Positions 38,636 through 49,255 of a DNA stretch of 64,000 bases are shown in pieces (the stretch's first letter is position 1; each line of letters opens with the position of its first letter). The notes under the pieces are model-generated. The model did no database searches, had not been told where the DNA came from, and saw nothing but the letters and a program-made list of their open reading frames with translations. The position numbers were made by a program, and so were the translations under genes. The DNA is taken from assembly GCA_965208575.1 (NCBI GenBank), contig CBDBOV010000005.1:512001-576000 (forward strand), in the 5' to 3' direction. Origin of the DNA: Spirochaetia bacterium (GTDB lineage: Bacteria > Spirochaetota > Spirochaetia > SZUA-6 > Bin103).

Positions 38636-38952
38636 AGCTATTGTTCGATCAGGGCACGCCGGCTCCATTGCGGGTGCACCTTCCGGGGCATTCGGCGGAG
38701 ACGTTGGCCGAAAGGGGCTGGTCGGACAAGGACAACGGCGAGTTGCTTGATCTGGCGGAGCGAGAGGGCTACAGGGTTCTCGTGACGACGGATCAGAGTC
38801 TTCGCTACCAGCAGAACATGGCCGGGAGGCGAATCGGCCTTGTCGTTCTTCTTTCCACGGATTGGCGCGAGGTTCGCCTTCGGACAAGGGAAATCGGCGA
38901 GGCGATTGCGGCCGCGGGGTCCGGTGGGGTCATCGAAGTGCCCATTCGGTGA
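38632..38952 (+). CDS. DUF5615/Mut7-C-type PIN-like toxin
   Basis: MKLLFDQGTP.PL, GW....NGELL..AE, VLVTTDQSLRYQQN. Confidence 0.82.
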   Translation: MKLLFDQGTPAPLRVHLPGHSAETLAERGWSDKDNGELLDLAEREGYRVLVTTDQSLRYQQNMAGRRIGLVVLLSTDWREVRLRTREIGEAIAAAGSGGVIEVPIR

Positions 38953-41900
38953 AGTGATATGGCTACGGATACCACGGAACGGGCGCTGGAACGGCTGATC
39001 TGCACGGCGCTGGCGGGACATCCGTGCGATCCGCCGTCTGAGGGCGCCGTCGCGGATCCGCCAGCCGGGTACGGCGGGGTGGGGTGGACTGGCGGTAGTT
39101 TTCCACGACTACGACCGCGAGTACTGCGTCGACTTGGTGCAGCTCGCGGCATTCCTGCGTGACACCCAGCCCGAGGTCGCCGATGCGTTGGCGCTGTCCG
39201 AGGACGGTCCGACGCGGCGCGGGTTCCTGACTCGGCTGCAGGGGGAGATTGCCAAGCGCGGGACCATCGACGTGCTGCGCAACGGGATCAAACACGGACC
39301 GCTGCACCTGGATCTGTTCTATGGCACGCCGTCGGAGCACAACGCCGAGGCGCAGGAACGGTTCGCGCAGAACCGGTTCACGGTTACGCGGCAGCTTCGC
39401 TACAGCAGGGACGAGGCGCAGCGGGCGCTCGACATTGGGCTGTTCATCAACGGGCTGCCGGTGTTCACGTTCGAGTTGAAGAACAGCCTTACCAAACAGA
39501 CGGCGGACGACGCGGTGTTGCAGTACCAGCAGGATCGCAATCCGCGCGAGAGGCTGTTCGAGTTCGGGCGCTGCATCGCGCACTTCGCGGTGGACGAGCG
39601 CGAGGTGCAGTTCTGCACCCATCTCAAGGGCAAGGGGTCGTGGTTCCTGCCGTTCAACCGTGGTTGGAACGACGGCGCGGGCAACCCGCCGAACCCGCAC
39701 GGGCTGGCGATCGACTACCTGTGGCGCGAGGTGCTTCCGCGGGAGAGCCTGACCAACATCCTCGAGAACTATGCCCAGGTGGTGGAGGAGAAGGACGAGA
39801 AGACCGGCAGGAAGCGGCGGGCGCAGGTCTGGCCGCGCTACCATCAACTCGACGTGGTGCGCCGTCTGCTGGCCGACGCCGAAGCTCACAGGGTGGGGCG
39901 GCGTTACCTTATCCAGCACTCGGCGGGCAGCGGCAAGAGCAACTCCATCGCCTGGCTGGCGCACCAACTCATCGGACTGACCAGGGACGGCGCGCCGGTG
40001 TTCGACTCGATCATCGTGGTGACCGACCGGCGCATCCTCGATCGGCAGATCCGCGACACCATCCGACAGTATGCCCAGGTGTCGGCGACGGTCGGGCACG
40101 CCGACCGATCGGGCGATCTGCGGCGGTTCATTGAGAGTGGCAAGAAGATCATCATCTCCACGGTGCAGAAGTTCCCGTTCATCCTCGACGAGATCGGCAA
40201 CGAGCAGCGCGGGCGCAGCTTCGCGATCATCATCGACGAGGCGCACTCCAGCCAGGGCGGCCGTACCAGCGCGGCGATGGCGCAAGCGCTGTCGGTGGCC
40301 GGCGAGGTGGACGAGGAGGAGACCTACGAGGACCAGATCAACCGCCTGATGGAGTCGCGCAAGCTGCTGCCCAACGCAAGCTATTTCGCGTTTACCGCCA
40401 CGCCCAAGAACAAGACGCTGGAGATCTTCGGCACCCCGGACCCGCAGCCGGACGGCACAGTGCGGCACAACGCCTTCCACAGCTACACCATGAAGCAGGC
40501 GATCCAGGAGAAGTTCATCCTCGACGTGCTCGCCCGCTACACGCCGGTGGCCAGCTACTACCGGCTGGCCAAGACGGTGGAGGATGACCCGGAGTTCGAC
40601 GTCAAGAAGGCGCAGACGAACTGCGCCGGTTCGTGGAGAGCAGCGACCACGCGATCCGCCTCAAGGCCGAGATCATGGTCGACCACTTCCACGACCAGGT
40701 GCTCGCGCAGGGCAAGATCGGCGGCGCGGCGCGGGCGATGGTGGTGACCAACGGCATCGAGCGCGCCATCCAGTACTACCACGCCATCAGCGACTACCTG
40801 GCCGAGCGCAAGAGCCGCTACCAGGCTCTGGTCGCCTTCTCCGGCGAGCACGAGTACGGCGGCGTGAAGCTGAGCGAGGCGTCGTTGAATGGCCTGCGGT
40901 CGGCGCAGATCGCCGACCGCTTCCAGGATGCGTATTCCGGTGAAAAAAGCCACCCATTCCGGAAATAAAAAGCCACCGGGGAGTGGTCCGATCCTGAGAC
41001 GGCGAGTATAGCGGGGTGGCTTTTTTGAATCAATCTGACGGAGTGCGCGAAGGGAGTTCGGAGCGGTAACGAAGTTCCGGCCAGAGTGTCCGCGGGTGGC
41101 CTGTCGAGAGGAGGCCTGGCAGACCACGGTGGCGGAGGGAACCGCATCGACGGTGCCCCGGAACGGTGTGTGAGCGCCGCGTGATAGGGCGGAGAGTGCC
41201 CACGTCGCCGATGGAGCGCCGACGCGGCGGTGCGCCCGCCGCCGCTGCTGCCGCGACCTCGACCGGGTGGTCCGGCGGCCGGCAGCGGCAGTTGGCTGGG
41301 AACAGCAGTGCGACGGATTGCCCGTGGGTGCCTCGATGCGGCCATGCGCATGGCGGAGCGGTGGAACGCGCGGAGCCCGCGGCGCTGAGAAAGCGGTGAC
41401 TGCGGTCACGATACGGATTTTCCGGGGGATGCCTGAGGAACTCTCGCAGGTTGGAGGGCCGGCAGAGAGGCCGACTCTGACGCGAGCGGCCCCGCTGACA
41501 GCCAGGCGACTGGCCTGACACCCGTGGAGGGGCCGGAATGCCGGCGAGCACCGTCGCGACGGGTGCTCATGGTGCGCGCCGCGTGGTCGGGCTCGATGAC
41601 TGAGCGCGAACTCGCCGGCAAGTAACCCGGCGGTTGAAAGCGAACCGCACCCCGGCGCAGGGTGGGCGACCGAGCGGTGGGCCGTGCGCATGGAGTTCGG
41701 CACCCGCGGCGCGGACCGGCAGGACGAAGCCAACCGCAAGAGCCGCCGCAATCAGTAGGGCGCGCACCCGAGCAACCGTGGCGGGGGGCTGATAGACGGG
41801 CCGCCGGGCCGTGGTACATCGGCAGCAGGGGTGTCGTCTTCACCGTTTGCGTGTGTGCGGCGGTCGGAGTGGCCATCGGCATCATCGGCACCGTATCCAT

Positions 41901-42241
41901 GTGCATGGAGCGGCTGACCGTATCGACCGCGGGCGTCTCGACATACGCTCCGCGCCTTCGCCATCGCGACCTCCGAGAAGCTGACCACCGGCGCATCGTT
42001 ATTCACTCCGACCGTATATCCGTCCTGATTCCGGGGGTCTCCAAGTACCACCGTCCGCCCGGCGGCGCGTCCTGCGCCGCCGGGTGGCCGGTTTCCGGGC
42101 GGTATGCACCCGATATGCACCCAATATGCAGCGTGGTTGAGATGGCAGGGCAAAGAGCCCGCCCGGGTAGCGCACCGACCGCCGCTGACGCGCGGCGGCA
42201 GCAACGCTCCCGCCGCGGTCGTGGCGCCGGGGGTGGCGGCG

Positions 42242-43003
42242 CTATCCCAGCCGCTCGGCCGCGTCCCGCCGGGCACGCTCGGCATACAGCTTGCGCACCG
42301 AATCTCCCTCCAGGTTGATGCGGTGGGCGCCATGCACGATGCGGTCACAGATCGCATCGCCGATGGTGGGCTCGCCGATCACCTCATGCCAGGACGATAC
42401 CGGCAACTGCGAGACCATCAGGGTCGAGGCGCGACCGTGGCGGTCTTCGAGCATCTCCAGCAGGGCCAGCCGCGCCAGTCCGTCCAGTGGCTCCAGCGCG
42501 AAGTCGTCGATTATGACCAGCGCCTGCTTGCTGATCTTCTCCAGCTCCCGGACGTAGCTGCCGTCAGCCTTCGCCAGGCGCAGTTCCCCGAACAGCCGGG
42601 AGGACGCATGATAGCCGACCCGGAACCCGCGCAGACACGCTTGGTGGCCCAGCGCGGAGGCCAGGAAGCTCTTCCCGGAGCCGCACTTGCCGGTGATGAT
42701 CAGGTCCTGGTGGTGCTGCACCCAGCGGCAGTCGGCCAGCCGCAGCAGTTGGTTCTGATCCAGGTTGCGGCGCAGCGAGAAGTCTACCTCCTCGATGGCG
42801 GCCGGGTAGCGAAAGCGGGCCGCCTTCAGCAACCGCTGCAGACGCCGCTCATGGCGGTCGTCCCACTCGGCATCCACCAGGCGGGCCAGCAACTCGTCGG
42901 TCGTACACTGCGCCTGGCTGTCGAGGCTGGTGCGCAATGCCCGCGCCATGCCGTGCAGGCGCATCCGGTCGAGCTTGTCGAGGGTGGCTTGGTTATTGGT
43001 CAT
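42242..43003 (-). CDS. istB: IS21 helper ATPase
   Basis: MRLHGM, RRLQRLLKAARF, GKCGSGKSFLA, LVIIDDF, SQLPVSSW, DAICDRIVH. Confidence 0.93.
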   Translation of the reverse strand: MTNNQATLDKLDRMRLHGMARALRTSLDSQAQCTTDELLARLVDAEWDDRHERRLQRLLKAARFRYPAAIEEVDFSLRRNLDQNQLLRLADCRWVQHHQDLIITGKCGSGKSFLASALGHQACLRGFRVGYHASSRLFGELRLAKADGSYVRELEKISKQALVIIDDFALEPLDGLARLALLEMLEDRHGRASTLMVSQLPVSSWHEVIGEPTIGDAICDRIVHGAHRINLEGDSVRKLYAERARRDAAERLG

Positions 43004-43016
43004 CGTCGGGGTCTCC

Positions 43017-44496
43017 TCAGTTGTAGTAGTCGCTGCCGCGGACGTTGTCATGACTGGGGAAGCTCAGCGACTGCTGCTGTTGCTCCTCCTCCAGGCCCAG
43101 CTTCAGCATGTTCTGAATGCGGCGGTAGGAGCACAGCCCGTAGCGCAGCGCGCGCCCACAGGCGCGATCAAGCCGCGCGGCGCCGTAGCTCTTCTCCAGG
43201 TTCAGGATGCCGAGGCAGGAACGGAACCCCTGCGGCGGGTACTTGGCGTCCTTCAGCACCTGCTCGATCACCGCCTCGACGTTGGCGCCGTGCGCCCGCC
43301 CCCAGCGCAAGAACCGTTCCGGGGTCCACTCGGCATACCATCGGTGCTGCGGCGGCATGTGGTCGGGCAGCGTGGTGTAGCGACCCGGACGGCGGTCACG
43401 CTGGTACTCGGCGATGCGCACGTTGTCGTAGTAGATCGACACGGTACGCTCGTCGCAGCTCGACGTGATAGTTGAACCCGACCGTCGCTTCCCGGATCTG
43501 CTGCAGCGGGAAGTGGTGGCGAGGCAACGGCGCCAGGACCGGCTGTTCGATCTGCTCGAACAGCTCGCGCCGACAGTAGGGCAGGCGCTGGAAGCGGCGC
43601 TCGTTGTGCTCCTCCAGGAGCGGTCTGATCGCCGCGTTCAATTCCTCCAGGGAGTGGAAGGTACGATCCCGCAACGGCGCGTAGATGCGTTGATACGCCA
43701 ACCGTACCGCGTTCTCGACCAGAGCCTTGTCGCGCGCCTGCCGGACGCGGGCGGGCATGATGACCACCCTGTAGTGTTCGGCGAACGCGTCGAACTGCGG
43801 GTTGATGCCCGGCTGGTAGGGGTCCGACCGACTGACCGCGCTGCGCAGGTTGTCCGGGATGATCGCCTGCGGGCAGCCGCCGCAGTAGCGTAAAGCCCGC
43901 TCGTTGGAGCGGATCCAGTCGGCGCTTTGCTGCGTGGCGCTGGCCTCCACGTAGGTCAGCTCGCTGGCCCCGAGGATCGCCACGAACGTTTCCACCGGCT
44001 GCTCCTTGCCGCCCTCCCGGTCCACGATCGCCAGCCGGTCGCCGGCATAGTCGACGAACAGCTTCTCGCCGGCCTTGTGGTCGATGTGCATGCCCACCTC
44101 GGCGCTCTGCCGCCAGCGGTGGAAGTGGTAGCAGAACTGGCTGTTCTGATAGCCGTCCGGGTGGTCGCGCAGGTACTCCTCCCAGAGCAACTGCAGCGTC
44201 ACTCCCTTGCGCCGCAACTCCTTGACCATCGTCGGAAAGCGCTCGGCCAGCCGCTCATAGCGCGCGTTCGTCCGCGGCTCTCGATGGCCCTCCAACACGC
44301 TCACCAACTTGCTGTCGGGCAGCTCCTGTGCCTGCTCCCAGGTCAGTCCGCTGCCGTGGAACCACTCCAGGTACTTGGCCACCGCGGTTCGCGACACCTG
44401 CAGCGCGCGGCCAATCGCCCTCGCGCTCAGATCCGTGGTCACCCCGTAGCGGATGACCTCTTTGATTTTCTCCACGCTGATCCTCCTGCGTGCCAT
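43017..44496 (-). pseudogene. istA: IS21 transposase with a frameshifting internal deletion near 43455
   Basis: TLQLLWEEY, HKAGEKLFVDYAG, IIPDNLRSAV, PARVRQARDKALVE. The frame breaks between HVELR and DERTVSIY (the usual YSVP segment is absent); the C-terminus is H.NVRGSDYY. Confidence 0.88.
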
Positions 44497-45786
44497 GCCT
44501 CTCCCTCCTGTGCGGATCGGGAGAGCGTATTGCAGGATCGGACCAGATCCTGTCCGGGCGGCAGCCTCAGATTGGCTCTTTTCCCCCGGACGGGTGGCAT
44601 TTTATTTCCGGACGGGTGGCTTCCTTAAAACGGATCAGTGGCTCTTTTGCACCGGATTATGCACAGGAAGATCCCTACCGTTTCCTGGTGTGCGCGGACA
44701 AGTTCCAGACCGGCTACGACGAGCCGTTGCTGCACACCATGTATGTGGACAAGACGCTGTCAGGAATCAAGGCGGTGCAGACCCTGTCGCGCCTGAATCG
44801 GGCGCACCCCAAGAAGCACGACGTGTTCGTGCTCGACTTTCTGAACGACGCCGACACCATCCGCGAGGCGTTCGCGGACTTCTACCGGGCGACGATCCTG
44901 GCCGACGAGACCGATCCCAACAAGCTGCACGACTTGCAGGCCGACCTTGACCTGGCTCAGGTCTACTCCGAGGAGCAGGTAGAGGAACTGGTGCGGCGCT
45001 ACCTCGGCGGTGCCGAGCGCGACCAGCTCGATCCGATCCTGGATGCCTGCGTGGCGGTGTACCTGCGCGAGCTGGACGAGGACGGCCAGGTGGAGTTCAA
45101 GGGCAATGCCAAGGCGTTCATCCGCACCTACGGCTTTCTCTCCGCGGTGCTGCCGTACCGCAACGCCGGCTGGGAGAAGCGCTCGGTCTTCCTCAACCTC
45201 CTGGTGCCGAAGCTGCCGGCGCCGGTGGAGCCGGACCTCGCCAAGGGGATCCTGGACGCTATCGACCTGGACAGCTACCGGGTGGAGAAGCAGGCGATGC
45301 AGAAGATCCTGCTGCCGGACGAGGACGCCGAGATCGGCCCGGTGCCCACCTCGGCCGGCGGCTCCCGCCCGGAACCGGAGCTGGACCGGCTCTCCGTCAT
45401 CCTGCGCACCTTCAACGAGCACTTCGGCGACATCCAGTGGGAGGACGCCGACCGAGTGCGGCAACTCATCATCGAAACCATCCCGTCCCGCGTCGCCGCC
45501 GACACCGCGTTCCGCAACGCGCGCCGGAACTCCGACCGCCAGAACGCCCGTATCGAGCACGATCAGGCGCTGCTGCGAGTGATGACTTCCGTGATGCGCG
45601 ACGACACCGAGTTGTTCAAAGCAATTCATGGACAACGACAGCTTCAAGCGCTGGCTCACCGACACCGTGTTCTCCCTCGCCTACGACCCGGCAGGCCCGG
45701 CCTGAATCGCCGTAGCGGCGCGCCAGACGATGCCCAGCCGTTTCGGTGCGCGAATTCTCACGGCATCCATCGCGGAGATGGCTAAA

Positions 45787-47763
45787 CCGAAGTTCCAGAG
45801 CGGGAATCTTGTTAATTCGTTATTGATCTGAAAATTGCGCTCAACAGCCGATGTCCGTTACTGGCTACACTTGGGCGCTGACCTCCAGGAGATCGAAACA
45901 GCGCTGCTGCAGCGCGGTCGGTTCGCTGTGCATGGTGAACGTGGCGCCGCTATCCACTATCCGCACGCGGTTGGCCGTCAGCGTCCCCAACTCGCTCATC
46001 AGGCTGCGAAAGCTGTGCACCGGCAGACCGTCGTCGGTACGCTTGCTCGCCGCCTTCCGGTGTGCGGCCGGTGAGCGTTCCGCCGGTTGCACCACCGACT
46101 CGCGCAGCGCCTCGCCGGCGGCGCGGTCGTGGTCGTCGAACAGCACCGGCGCCAGCTTGCTGCGCATGTGCCACTCCACGTAGTAGGCCAGCATGCACAG
46201 GAACACGTGCGCCCGCACCCGGTCAGCACTGCGGTGATAGATCGGTCGCACCTTCAGATCCACCGTTTTCATGCTGCGGAAGGCGCGCTCCACCTTGGCC
46301 AGATCCTTGTACGCCGTCACCGTCTGCTCGGCGTCGAACAGCTCCGGCTCCACGTTGGAGCGCACGATGTAGAGCCCGTCCAGTTCTTCCTCGGCCGCGA
46401 TCTTGTCCAGGTCACGCACGAACGAGAACGAGTCGTCGGTGATGGTGGTGGTGAAATGCTTGCCCACCTTGTAGTGGTTGATCACCTTGCCCACCCGCAG
46501 GCCGATCGCGGCGGCGCCGCGCAGCGGCTTTTTGGCGCGCTGCGTGGCCGTCACGATCGGCGTCAGTTCCTCCTCCGTGGAGGCCAGCAACTTCTGCCTC
46601 TTGCGCTGCCGTTGCTCGGCCAGGATCGGGTTGCGGCACACGATCAGCCGCTCGCCGGGGAACTCGGGTGAGCTGATCTCCGCCAGGTCACGCTCGTCGA
46701 ACATGGTCTGCGCCACTTCGCCGGCCTCGATCAGCTTGCGGATGGTGGGCGCCCGCAGGGTCGTGATCCAGCGCAGGCCGTCGATCCCCTGCAGGTCCTC
46801 GCGGATGCGCGCGCCGGTGAGCATGCCGCGGTCGCCGACCAGCACGACGCGCTGCAAGCCGAAACGGTTGCGAATCTTGTCGACCTGAGCGGCGACCGTC
46901 TTGGGGTCACTGGTGGAGCCCTCGAATACCTCGACGGCGATGGGACAGCCGTCTGCGGTACACAGCAGGCCGAACACGATCTGCAAGGTGCCGCGTTTGC
47001 CGTCGCGGCTGTGACCACGGCGCGCCAACGGGCAGGTGTGGCCATGGAAGTAACTGGAAGTCAGGTCGTACAACATGAGCGTGTTGTCATGCAGATGGCG
47101 CTTGGCCAAGCGCTGCTCGATGCCGTGCTGGCGAGCGAGCAGCCAATCCATGGCGGCATACAGCTCATTCTCGTCGACGGCTCCCAACTGCAGCAGGTGG
47201 CCGAGGGAGGAGACGGCGCTTTCGGGGTTCAGGCCGCGAGCGGTGGCGAGTTTGGAGCGAGCGTCGACGACGCGAGCGACGATCATGGCGACGACCAGGT
47301 CGCGTTCACGGGAGGCGGGACGAGCGACGAGGGAATGGAGGGAGAGCTTGCGGAGGGAACCGAGGACGGCGGCGACGTGGCCGTGGGGATAGCTGCGCAA
47401 GATGGAGAGCAGTTCGTTGGGAGAGCGCAGAGCGATACCGCCGTTGAGGAGGACGCGCAAACCCTCGACGAGGTGATCGGGCCACTTGGAGAGGTTGGCG
47501 ATGGTGCGTTTTTTGACCTTGCCGTGCTGGCGGAAGGACTCGCGGAGGAGGACGGCTGGGGGAGAGTTGCGGTTGGGGACGGTGTCGATGTACATGGGCA
47601 CCCTACGGAGGGAATGGTAGATCATTTAATAATTACATGTCAACCAGATGAGAGAAAATTAACGCTGAACCACAGGACTATTTACATGGACACGATTTAC
47701 ACCCATGAACACGCTAATTCCTGTAATAGGAAACAGTTACAAGAACGGCCTCTCAAACCTCGG
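45787..47763 (-). mobile_element. IS1634 family element with 6-bp target duplication GCTAAA
   Basis: Short IRs CCGAAGTT (45787) and reverse-complement CCGAGGTT (ending 47763); GCTAAA at 45781-45786 and 47764-47769. Confidence 0.85.
45865..47595 (-). CDS. IS1634 family transposase (different subfamily from 1442-3142)
   Basis: MYIDTVPNRNSPPAVLLRES, LYDLTSSYF, RGHSRDGK, VGDRGM, DGLYIVRS, YKDLAKVERAFRSMK, RVRAHVFLCMLAY. Confidence 0.93.
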   Translation of the reverse strand: MYIDTVPNRNSPPAVLLRESFRQHGKVKKRTIANLSKWPDHLVEGLRVLLNGGIALRSPNELLSILRSYPHGHVAAVLGSLRKLSLHSLVARPASRERDLVVAMIVARVVDARSKLATARGLNPESAVSSLGHLLQLGAVDENELYAAMDWLLARQHGIEQRLAKRHLHDNTLMLYDLTSSYFHGHTCPLARRGHSRDGKRGTLQIVFGLLCTADGCPIAVEVFEGSTSDPKTVAAQVDKIRNRFGLQRVVLVGDRGMLTGARIREDLQGIDGLRWITTLRAPTIRKLIEAGEVAQTMFDERDLAEISSPEFPGERLIVCRNPILAEQRQRKRQKLLASTEEELTPIVTATQRAKKPLRGAAAIGLRVGKVINHYKVGKHFTTTITDDSFSFVRDLDKIAAEEELDGLYIVRSNVEPELFDAEQTVTAYKDLAKVERAFRSMKTVDLKVRPIYHRSADRVRAHVFLCMLAYYVEWHMRSKLAPVLFDDHDRAAGEALRESVVQPAERSPAAHRKAASKRTDDGLPVHSFRSLMSELGTLTANRVRIVDSGATFTMHSEPTALQQRCFDLLEVSAQV

Positions 47764-47814
47764 GCTAAAAGGCGATAACATGGTGTTTGATCGAGCCACG
47801 CGGAGGACGACCGG

Positions 47815-48027
47815 ATGAGACCGACCGAGATCATCTTTGAGGTTACCGAGGCTCCTGAAGGCGGATACGATGCCAGGGCGCTTGGGTACAGCATCTTTAC
47901 GCAGGGCGAAGACTGGAACGACCTGAAGGCCATGGCGAGAGACGCGGTGCTCTGCCACTTCGACGAAGCCAGCGCGCCGCGGGTGATCAGGTTGCATCTC
48001 GTCCGGGAGGAAGCTATCGCGGTATGA
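47815..48027 (+). CDS. HicB-like small antitoxin
   Basis: EIIFEVTEAPEGGYDARALGYSIFTQGE...L..MARDAVLCHF; ATGA overlap with a HicA-like start. Confidence 0.7.
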   Translation: MRPTEIIFEVTEAPEGGYDARALGYSIFTQGEDWNDLKAMARDAVLCHFDEASAPRVIRLHLVREEAIAV

Positions 48028-48089
48028 AGCTGCCCCGCGACCTCTCCGGCAATGAGGTCGCCAGGCTGCTTGGAACGACCTTGGGGTGA
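48024..48089 (+). pseudogene. Truncated HicA-like toxin
   Basis: MKLPRDLSGNEVARLL followed by an early stop after 21 codons. Confidence 0.6.
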
Positions 48090-48144
48090 ACCGTTGGCTG
48101 CTTGGCGGTGCCGGAAGGTTGCGGATCGGGCTGGGTGTTACGCC

Positions 48145-48442
48145 TCAGCGGTGCAAACTGGCGACAGGAGCGACCGGCACTTCCTGTTCGATCAACCGGC
48201 CTCGCTCGCTGACCACGACGGAGACATCGTGCCTGCTTTGAAGGGTCATCCAGAGTTCAGGTCCGGTGGCGAAGTATCGCCCCAGGCGCAGGGGCCGTAT
48301 CCGCGGAAACGGCGCGGTCTCCGCGCAGGATTGCCGTAACGCGGTTTGCCGGCACGCGGATGGCGAGGGCGAGCTGGTTGGCGCTCATGCCTCGCGTCCT
48401 CAGTTCCTCTCTGAGCACTCTACCGATGTGTTCGTACTCCAC
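48145..48442 (-). pseudogene. HigA-like HTH antitoxin, orphan, with a +1 frameshift (possibly a sequencing error)
   Basis: HIGRVLREEL...MSANQLALAIRVPANRVTAILRGDRAVSADTA | LRLGRYFATGPELWMTLQ; extra base in the G4 run at 48291-48294. Confidence 0.78.
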
Positions 48443-48446
48443 TATC

Positions 48447-48971
48447 TCATTGTCCGGAGCCAACAGAGCGGAGGATGTCCTTCATCAGCAGGGCCAAGTG
48501 CAGTTCGTCGGTCGGTGAGGGTTCGAACTCCGGGATCAGGTGGCGGTAGAAGTCTCGGGCCTGCGGGGTTTCGGCGTGGACGAGCAGCCCGCGGCAGCCG
48601 ATCTCCCGGCCCACGGCGGCGGTGCGGGCGATCACGTCCTGCAGCAGCGCGGCGCCCAGGCCCCGGCGTTCGTGGTGGATGCTGACTCCCAGGCGAGCCA
48701 GCAGCGCAACCGGCTGGGGGTAACGCCCCGCCCCCTTGCGCAGGCGCGACGGCGCTGCCTCCACGGCGATGGCGGCCATGCACCAAGCGTAGTATGCGAC
48801 CACCTCGCTACTGTCTGTGGGAGTGGCCACCAGGACCTTGGTTGCTCCGGTGGCCGCTGACTGTCGCCCGTGGCGGCGCAGCCATAGCGTCTGCTCTCGG
48901 GAGCGACACTCGAAACCGTCTACTCCATGGTTGCCGGACAGCAGAGCCGGTGGCAGGTACCTGGTAGTCAC
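48447..48971 (-). CDS. GNAT acetyltransferase toxin (TacT/AtaT-like)
   Basis: FECRS..QT.WL, VVAYYA, PVALLARLGV, RRGLGAALL, LLVHA....ARDFY. Confidence 0.88.
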   Translation of the reverse strand: MTTRYLPPALLSGNHGVDGFECRSREQTLWLRRHGRQSAATGATKVLVATPTDSSEVVAYYAWCMAAIAVEAAPSRLRKGAGRYPQPVALLARLGVSIHHERRGLGAALLQDVIARTAAVGREIGCRGLLVHAETPQARDFYRHLIPEFEPSPTDELHLALLMKDILRSVGSGQ

Positions 48972-49255
48972 TCCGCGACGAAAGGCGACAGCCGCTGCAT
49001 GAGTTCGCGGAGCCCGGGCAGGTCTCGCGGCGGGCGCGCGTTGATCGCCTCCCAGGCGGCGGCAGCCTCGGGAGACAGGACGAACTCGGTACGGTCCGCG
49101 AGCACTTGGCGGGCGGCGCTGGTGACGCTGCTCAGGACGAACGCGGTCACGGTGGTACCGGCGGCGGCCACGGCGCGGTCGATCAGCGCACGATCCTCAG
49201 GGGTGGCCCTGACTTCGATCCGCTGACTGCGGCGACGGTTCTGATCAACGTGCAT
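48968..49255 (-). CDS. DUF1778 (TacA-like RHH) antitoxin
   Basis: RSQRIEVRATPEDRALIDRA...TVTAFVL...ARQVLADR..FVLS; overlaps the toxin start. Confidence 0.88.
   Translation of the reverse strand: MHVDQNRRRSQRIEVRATPEDRALIDRAVAAAGTTVTAFVLSSVTSAARQVLADRTEFVLSPEAAAAWEAINARPPRDLPGLRELMQRLSPFVAE

Larger units (their letters stand above)
40929..44663 (-). mobile_element. IS21 family element, 3735 bp, 5-bp target duplication CAGGA
   Basis: Ends TGCGTATTCCGGTGAAAAAAGCCAC and reverse-complement TGCATAATCCGGTGCAAAAGAGCCAC. CAGGA at 40924-40928 and 44664-44668; removal restores hsdR FQEDPY. Repeated subterminal GCCACC boxes. Confidence 0.95.
38959..45705 (+). pseudogene. hsdR: Full-length third hsdR copy interrupted by IS21, with three 1-bp indels
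   Basis: Colinear with 28910-31915. Indels at ~39100, ~40620 and ~45619; IS inserted at FQ|EDP (40929-44663). Confidence 0.92.

Noticed and set aside
1327-47763. Composite transposon bounded by the two IS1634 elements
   Set aside because: The two transposases are very different, and the right element has its own target duplication (GCTAAA), showing an independent insertion.
39099-48294. Programmed frameshifting or phase variation in hsdR copy 3 and higA
   Set aside because: The 1-bp indels (~39100, ~40620, ~45619, ~48292) fall in very short homopolymer runs, which fits sequencing error or neutral decay. That hsdR copy is broken by IS21 anyway.
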